DNA from: Macrostomum lignano
Taxonomy: Eukaryota
Direction: 5' to 3'
DNA length: 64,000 nucleotides
Assembly (NCBI GenBank): GCA_002269645.1
Contig: NIVC01002457.1
Location: forward strand, 43,693 to 107,692
Shown here: positions 56,087 through 64,000 of the stretch, piece by piece
Layout of the letters: every line of letters begins with the position of its first letter
How positions within the stretch are numbered: the first letter of the stretch is position 1
Position numbers and translations under genes: made by a program
Notes under the pieces: generated by a model
What the model was told of the DNA's origin: nothing
Databases searched by the model: none
Seen by the model: the letters and a program-made list of their open reading frames with translations, nothing else

Positions 56087-59000
56087 TCAAGCTTTCCGAG
56101 GCTCGCTGCCCATCCTGGGAAACAGCGAACCAAATAAATTGGACAATAGCTCGTCGAGTTCAGCGGCGCCTCCAGCCGACGTGCCGTCCAATGGTTTGAC
56201 AGCATCAGCGATTCGTAACAACGCAGCGTATTGAGCTCGCGACAGACGCAAATACTGCAGATTCTGTTGGGCCCTGGCCCAATAGTCCGGCAGGAAGGCT
56301 GGCAGCTTGTGCAACTCGCCGGGTTGTTCAGCCAGTGCCGACGGGCGATGATGATGAAGGTCGCGGACGGCTGCAGGACCGACGGATAAAGTGGTGTAGT
56401 TACCAATTTCCTCTAGCTCAAAACTGAACCACTTAAAAAGTTTATTAAAGCCAGGGGCTGTGTACAACCTGTCGCACTTTACCGGTAAGCGACACTGTCA
56501 CACAATCGGCAAGAGGCATTACTGCCAATTCCGCCGATACGTTCGCAGTCATACGCATAAACTCACACAGGAGTATACAGCGTCGCCCTAACTTGTTTAT
56601 CATTAGACATGTACACTTCACTGTGCCTTTGGGATTGGCTTTCAAGAGCATTAATTTTACGAGCAGAGCCAAGCCGAGATTCTTCCAATTTAGCCCGAAA
56701 TTAATATTGACAGCACTTGGAATCGAGTCTGGGTCGCTGGCATATCATGGCTGTGGTCTTTTTTCTCCTGGCAACCTACGCGAACTCAAAAACTTATAGC
56801 GGTCACCCAAGTGGCAGATCAGCTCAGAGGAAAGCGCCACACACTCATTAGGGGCTTAACACGAAAACTTTTTCCAAGGGCTGTCTGTATGAGTATTCTC
56901 CAGAATGAATGCCAGGATGCCACAACCCTGTTGCAATTATTATTATTATTATTAATACAGTCACCACCTGCAAAATCGAATCCTTAGACTGCACAGCTCG
57001 AGTCAAAAACTCTGACTGCTCATCGCCTTGGATGCTTCCAATTCTTTTTCTATTTTCGAAGTCTCATTGACGATTCGTATAGATCATCTACATAAGCTTC
57101 GATCATAAAAACACTCACGCAGCAGAGTCTTGGCGCCTAATAGCGTGAACACGGTGGCCTCGAAATTCAAATCCTCCACTCCGATGCTCAGCCTGATGCG
57201 GCCTTCTAGAATGAACACGGCGTAATCGGGGCACGCCTCGACGATAAATTGTATTGCGATCGTCGTCTCCGTGACTGTTGGGTATAGAGACACGTTAACG
57301 GCATTCATTGATTACGGGCTAGGCTGGTTTAACTACTAACAGTAGAAAAAAGGAACATAAATATGAAAAAACTGTAATATTGCAATTTGACTTTCAAAAG
57401 TGTAACTATTCACTCACATAAACATATGCTTGATGAGAACTTTTTCCTGGAACATTCGTTCCAGCACAATTTCGGGAATAACTCGCTTGCCAAAGAGGTC
57501 ACTGTGTTCTGCGAGGAGAAAATATTGGTGAGCTATTATTTTATTAACTATTACACAGACAATTGGCAATGAAATAACTTCATTAGATAAGTAGGAAAGA
57601 TCTGTTCTGGGAGGCTGGCACAGCAACTGAGGATCTGGGAGGCTGGCACAGCAACTGAGGATCTGGGAGGCTGGCACAGCAACTGAGGATCTGGGAGGCT
57701 GGCACAGCAACTGAGGATCTGGGAGGCTGGCCCAGCAACTGAGGATCTGGGAGGCTGGCCCAGCAACTGGCACTCTGGGAGGCTGGCTCAGCAACTGAGG
57801 ATCTGGGAAGCTAGCCCAGCAACTGAGGATCTGGGAGGCTGGTGGCCCAGCAACTGAGGATCTGGGAGGCTGGCCCAGTAACTGAGGATCTGGGAGGCTG
57901 GCCCAGCAACTGAGGATCTGGGAGGCTGGCCAAGCAACTGAGGATCTGGGAGGCTGGCTTAGCTACTGGGGTTCTGGGAGGCTGGCCCAGCAACTGAGGA
58001 TCTGGGAGGCTGGCCCAGCAACTGAGGATCTGGGAGGCTGGCCCAGCAACTGAGGATCTGGGAGGCTGGCTCAGCAACTGAGGATCTGGGAGGTTGGTGG
58101 CCCAGCAACTGAGGATCTGGGAGGCTGGCCCAGCAACTGAGGATCTGGGAGGCTGGCCCAGCAACTGAGGATCTGGGAGGCTGGCTTAGCTACTGGGGTT
58201 CTGGGAGGCTGGCCCAGCAACTGAGGATCTGAGAGGCTGGCTCAGCAACTGAGGATCTGGGAGGCTGGTGGCTCAGCAACTGAGGATCTGGGAGGCTGGC
58301 CCAGCAACTGAGTATCTGGAAGGCTGGTTGCCCAGCTTACGGATCGCCAGGCAGTGCACCGCGGCCATCCGGAGCTGAGCTGGAACCTGCATGCCGGTGC
58401 TGCCAGCCAGGGCCAGTTCGCGCCAGGACACTCGAGGCACGCGTGGCGGCGGACGGTGCGACGGTTGGGCTGCAAAATTCGATTGATTTATTAATAAAGC
58501 ATCTCATCATTATGCAGCCAATTGTCAGAGAGGGGCTTCTTGGGAATTGCCAATTCATGTCAATTCTGCTGACCCCTGATTACAAAACCGTACACAGATG
58601 AGTACGAAAGCATGCTAGTACAGCGGTCCTGATTTTTAACCGTCGGGCGTGAACAGTCACTATGCCTTGAGGGGTTGCCCCTCATGGCTATGAATCGCAC
58701 GACAATCTTTAGCCAATTTTTGTGCACACACAAGCCCCGAAGGAATTTGGCTTTGCCCCTGTCTCTTAGGTGGGCGCCCCTGTCTCTTAGGTGGGCGCCC
58801 CTGTCTCTTAGGTGGGCGCCCCTGTCTCTTGGGTGGGCGCCCCTGTCTCTTAGGTGGGCGTCCCTGTCTCTTAGGTGGGCGCCCCTGTCCCTTAGGTGGG
58901 CGCCCCTGTCTCTTAGGTGGGCGCCTTTGTCCCTTAGGTGGGCGCCTTTGTCTCTTAGGTGGGCGCCTTTGTCTCTTAGGTGGGCGCCTTTGTCTCTTAG

Positions 59001-62000
59001 GTGGGCGTCCCTGTCTCTTAGGTGGGCGCCCCTGTCTCTTAGGTGGGCGTCCCTGTCTCTTAGGTGGGCGCCCCTGTCTCTTAGGTGGGCGCCCCTGTCT
59101 CTTAGGTGGGCGCCCCTGTCTCTTAGGTGGGCGTCCCTGTCTCTTAGGTGGGCGCCCCTGTCTCTTAGGTGGGCGCCCCTGTCTCTTAGGTGGGCGCCCC
59201 TGTCTGGGTGACAGGTCACAGAAAACTCTCACAAGAAACGTCAGTCTCGTCCTCAATCTCTTCTTGAATAATCTCTTCCAAGATGTCCTCAAGCGTTACC
59301 ATGCCAACCGTGGACTCTTCGTTCACTTCGACTCCAATTGCATCCGTTTCTCTATGCCTAACAATTGCCATATGCACTCGGTTGCTCAAGAAGAGTTTCA
59401 GCGCGCTATCCAGAGTATCCGTGTCCATAACTGAGTGTACTTTTCTGTTGAAATATTCGCAGACTAAATCCACTCGCATTGGCGCGTCGCGACTAACTAT
59501 AGTTAGATCTTTGAAATTGAGCACGCTGATAATGTTGCTCCGTTCGCGATCATAAATTGGTATCCTGGTGAAACCGGTCTCCCGGATCTGCTCAACTGTG
59601 AACGAGTCAATCAGGGTCTCAGCCGGTAGCATATAAACTTCGCTTAGTCCGCGCATTACCTGACCAATCGTTTTATTCTGAAGCGATAGCGCGCCCAAAA
59701 TTATGTTAGCCTCTGTCCGCTCCAGATTCTGGTTAGCTATGAACTCCTTGAGCTTGTTGCGGTCGTACACCTGGTATAGGGTGCGTAGGATCCATGAGAT
59801 CAATCAGTGGCTTTCCATCAGATCAATCAGTGACTTTCCATCAGATCAATCAGTGACTTTCCATCATATCAATCAGTGACTTTCCATCAGATCAATCAGT
59901 GACTTTCCATCAGATCAATCAGTGACTTTCCATCAGATCGATCAGTGCATTTTTATCAGATCAATCAGTGACTTTCTATTAGATCAATCAATGTATTTCT
60001 ATCAGATCAATCAGTGTATTTCTATCAGATCAGTCAGTGCATTTTCATCATATCAGTGACTTTCTATCAGACTACTCAGTGAATTTCTATCAGATTAATC
60101 AGTGAAATTCTATCCGATCAATTAGTGACTTTCTATCAGATCAATCAGTGACTTTCTATCAGATTAATCAGTGACTTTCTATCAGATTAATCAGTGAAAT
60201 TCTATCCGATCAATTAGTGAGTTTCTATCAGATCAATCAGTGACTTTCTATCAGATTATTCAGTGACTTTCTATCAGATCAATCAGTGAATTTCTATCAA
60301 ATTAATCTGTGAATTTCTATCAGACCAATCAGTGACTTTCTATTAGATCAATCAATGTATTTCTATCAGATCAGTCAGTGCATTTTCATCATATCAGTGA
60401 CTTTCTATCATATCAATCAGTGACTTTCTATCAGAACAATCAGTGACTTTCCATCAGATCAATCAGTGACTTTCTATCAGAACAATCAGTGACTTTCCAT
60501 CAGAACAATCAGTGAATTTCCATCAGATCAATCAGTGACTTTCTATCAGATCAATCAGTGACTTTCTATCAGATCAATCAGTGACTTTCCATCAGATCAA
60601 TCAGTGACTTTCTATCAGATCAATCAGTGACTTTCTATCAGATCAATCAGTGACTTTCTATCAGATTAATCAGTGACTTTCTATCAGAAAGATCAGTGAA
60701 TTTCTATCAGACTATTCAGTGAATTTCTATCAGAAAGATCAGTGAATTTCTATCAGAAAGATCAGTGAATTTCTACCAGAAAGATCAGTGAGTTTCTATC
60801 AGATCAATCAGTGAATTTCTTTCAGATCAATCAGTGACTTTCTATTAGACCAATCAGTGACTTTCTATCAGACCAATCAGTGACTTTCTATTAGATCAAT
60901 CAATGTATTTCTATTAGATCAGTCAGTGCATTTTCATCATATCAGTGACTTTCTATCAGATTAATCAGTGACTTTCTATCAGATTAATCAGTGACTTTCT
61001 ATCAGATCAATCAGTGAATTTCTATCAGATTAATCAGTGAATTTCTATCAGATCAATCAGTGACTTTCCATCAGATTAATCAGTGACTTTCTATCAGAAA
61101 GATCAGTGAATTTCTATCAGACTATTCAGTGAATTTCTATCAGAAAGATCAGTGAATTTCTATCAGAAAGATCAGTGAATTTCTACCAGAAAGATCAGTG
61201 AGTTTCTATCAGATCAATCAGTGAATTTCTTTCAGATCAATCAGTGACTTTCTATTAGACCAATCAGTGACTTTCTATCAGACCAATCAGTGACTTTCTA
61301 TCAGACCAATCAGTGACTTTCTATTAGATCAATCAATGTATTTCTATTATATCAGTCAGTGCATTTTCATAATATCAGTGACTTTCTATCAGATTAATCA
61401 GTGACTTTCTATCAGATTAATCAGTGACTTTCTATCAGATCAATCAGTGAATTTCTATCAGATCAATCAGTGACTTTCCATCAGATCAATCAGTGAACTC
61501 GCTCAGAGATCACTTCTTAATGATTCCACAACAACTTGCCTGCAATGAAAATGACCTCAACATGCAATACACCTCGTACTGCGATACAGAAATCGCAAGC
61601 AATGAGATAAAATGAAAAGAGGACCGTAGTTAATTCAAGGCTCGATATTATTAGGATAAAAAGGCTGGCATTATTGAAAGCGACGAAAATGTCGCATCTG
61701 TTAACACACTGTAGACTCTGTACATGTAGGCTTCAGTCGTATCCTTCATCATCACTGCCGAAAATGTCTCTAGGCGTTAAGCTTACCTGTCTCAAATCCT
61801 GGCCGAGTATCTTGTCCAACAGTACGGACAATGGAAAGCTGATTGGAGCAGTTAAAGCCATAAACAGTATGGTAATTGGCAGGGTAAATGCGCCAATAGC
61901 CAATCCGTGACGGTGCACACAGCCTGAGGAATAATTTCGCCAAACAGCACAATACCAAGAGATGCCGCTATCACAGTGGTTATACCATCGCCAATTAGCG

Positions 62001-63297
62001 AGCTCAATATGATTGACAGGGTGGTGTTGACAACAACGTTGCCTAGCAACAGGCTGCACAGCAAGAAATTGCCCCTCTTTCGAACCGGGATTATTCTCTT
62101 GGCGTGCGCCCGTTCTGACGGGCTGCCGGCGCGGCAGATGATCTTTAGTTCACCAATGTCCAAAGCCATCAGGCCGAGGTTCAGGCCCGAGAACAGGCCT
62201 GCATGTTTAGGCCAGAATTGATGCATAATATTTCAAATTCAACATGATTTTATAAACTCTAAATGTTATTAATCTTTGCACAAACCTAATATTGTCTTCA
62301 TCAAACTGTTTCAGACTCTTCAAGCTTCATCAAACCGCACCCAGACTCTCCTAGCTTCATCAAACTGCACCTAGACTCTTCAAGCTTCATCAAACTGCAT
62401 TCAGACTCTCCTAGCTTCATCAAACTGCACCTAGACTCTCCTAGCTTCATCAAATTACATCGAGAGTCTCCTAGCTTCATCGAATTGTACCTAGATTCTT
62501 CAAGCTTCATCAAACTGCATCCAGACACTCCTAGCTTCATCATCAAACCGCACCTAGACTATTCTTGCTTTATCAACCTGCACCTAGACTATCGTAGCTT
62601 CATCAAATTGTACCCAGTTCTTCAAGTTTGGGTTAACTAAATTTAGACTTTCCCAGCTTAAATCCAAGTGGCTTAAAACCCAATGCACTGGCCCACAGAG
62701 TATTCCAGCTTCCTATCTTACCGGACAGTAACATCAGAGCCACTGTAAAGCAAATCTTAGCCCACAAAGGCAGTGTTTCTTTAGTCACGTAGAACCTTGG
62801 TCCGCCGTCAGAGCCACCAGGATAGCGCCACCGATGCTCTTCAGTAGAATCCGATTTTTTTGCCACCTTTGTAGTCCAGTTACCGTGTAGACACAGTAGT
62901 AGATAACCGCCCGACGGCATTGGCACCAGATCGCTAGGCCGGTTACCATAGCAACAGCTGTTAGACCAGTTTCTCCAGGTTTCAATCTGAAACTAGTAGG
63001 CAGTTTGGCATCCAGACACAGGCCATTGTCGTGATGGGTATTGGCAAAGGCTAGCCGGTCGAGTGCTTGCAGACCGCGACCGTAAAGACGTATTGATAGT
63101 TGACCTCCCAGTGGCACCTTTTGGTGACCGCCAGACTCAGCGGCCTCCCAGCTGAGGCTGTCCCCAGAGCCATCCGACCTGGGGAATGCCACGGCGTCGG
63201 AAACTAACACATCATCGGAAGCGGCGGCGGCTGTGGCAGCGACTGAAACAGCTATGGCGGCCAGGCTGGCAAAGACTAAGGCCAGAATAGTTGGCAT
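56087..63297 (-). CDS. CNNM: CNNM/ACDP (cyclin M) Mg2+ transporter: signal peptide, DUF21 TM domain, CBS pair, cNMP-like domain; 7 exons, three apparent frameshifts
   Basis: Exons (minus) 63297-62722, 62198-61787, 59770-59233, 58469-58341, 57508-57418, 57274-57119, 56412-56087. Motifs [58 protein letters not shown]. Frameshifts near 62938, 61915 and 57232. Confidence 0.9.
57606..58335. repeat. 28-bp minisatellite (GGATCTGGGAGGCTGGCCCAGCAACTGA)n in CNNM intron 4
   Basis: About 25 copies, no spacers. Confidence 0.95.
58755..59205. repeat. 21-bp minisatellite (TTAGGTGGGCGCCCCTGTCTC)n in CNNM intron 3
   Basis: About 21 copies; same family as 50006-50265. Confidence 0.95.
59798..61497. repeat. 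23-bp minisatellite (GATCAATCAGTGACTTTCYATCA)n in CNNM intron 2
   Basis: About 1.7 kb with higher-order repeated variant blocks. Confidence 0.96.
62296..62612. repeat. 30-bp minisatellite (CTTCATCAAACTGCACCTAGACTCTCCTAG)n in CNNM intron 1
   Basis: About 10 degenerate copies. Confidence 0.92.
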
Positions 63298-64000
63298 GAA
63301 ATACAAGAAAATCTAATTAACTTTTCAAAGTTCTTTAACCGCCTATCAAGGTTGTCTTTCGCTATTGCCCAGTTCGTCAATATATAAGCAGACTCAAGTC
63401 CCGCGTGTTCCTCTAGCTCTGGTGACAGGTGTTGTGTACAAGTTATCTTGTTCTGTGGATCAGAAAATTTCCTATATATAGGGAAAACCATGCAAAAGAC
63501 ATAATACATATACACTAGAGCGAGAAAAGAACTCCTTCTCGGCTACAATAGCTGTTGTGACAAGAAGCAAACTTAACAGTTCAAAATTATCGATCGTTGT
63601 CAAACAGAATCTAGGATTAGCATATTTGAATCAAACTACACCAAGTCACCAAGTGCGCAGTGAATTCCAGCCCAGTATTGACTTTTGAGTGACGCAACTT
63701 GCGCCACGCGACGCAGAGTTGGGCTGGGTGATGTGGGATTGGGAAGAGTGGAGGGCGAAGATTGGATGGATTGAAGCTTCCGCCCGGTTTTCATTGTTTT
63801 TTTTCAAGGATTTTTTAATACCAAAATGGTTGGCCAGGTGATAGACTCTGGTTGAAAGATACTGCTCACCGGGGGCAAAGGGTGGCGACTTTTCAATGTT
63901 GCTGAGTATATTTCTCAGACCCTGAAGATGGCCCTTGACGGACCGAAATGTGTTGGCTGATTTATTTAACTAAAGCAACGTATGTTGGTTTTTTGGTTTT

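Noticed and set aside
57606-61497. CRISPR-like arrays (23-, 28-bp units; also the 40- and 42-bp arrays elsewhere)
   Set aside because: The units are head-to-tail with no unique spacers, there are no cas genes, and the context is eukaryotic introns.

Overview
Animal (metazoan) genomic DNA; no rRNA, tRNA or CRISPR is detectable. Five protein-coding loci are present. They are a 6-exon GRK2/3-type kinase (minus, 18462-32084), an RNF144-type RBR E3 ligase (plus, 37545-42366), a PP1 catalytic subunit (plus, 45311-50715), a tandem pair of intronless divergent Cys-loop ion-channel genes (plus, 52058-55592) and a CNNM Mg2+ transporter (minus, 56087-63297). Mobile DNA comprises a very young full-length Ty3/gypsy LTR retrotransposon (8845-17777, TCTG target-site duplication), two adjacent HTH-only Tc1/IS630-like TIR elements inside a PP1 intron, and a decayed Penelope-like RT. 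About 40% of the window is micro/minisatellite, and most large introns are filled with arrays. That architecture, with GC-rich exons, suggests a Macrostomum-like flatworm (inference only). All long repeat-peptide ORFs in the track are artefacts of these arrays. The most interesting signals are: (1) the intronless Cys-loop pair with a conserved cation pore but an eroded acetylcholine-binding box, resembling a chemosensory receptor radiation; (2) an LTR U3 packed with MEF2, CRE, AP-1 and forkhead sites, like an immediate-early or injury-responsive enhancer; (3) the twin HTH-only transposons; and (4) a G GGA AAC -1 frameshift signal in the retroelement. Recurrent single-base deletions in homopolymers suggest that some frameshifts are long-read consensus errors.
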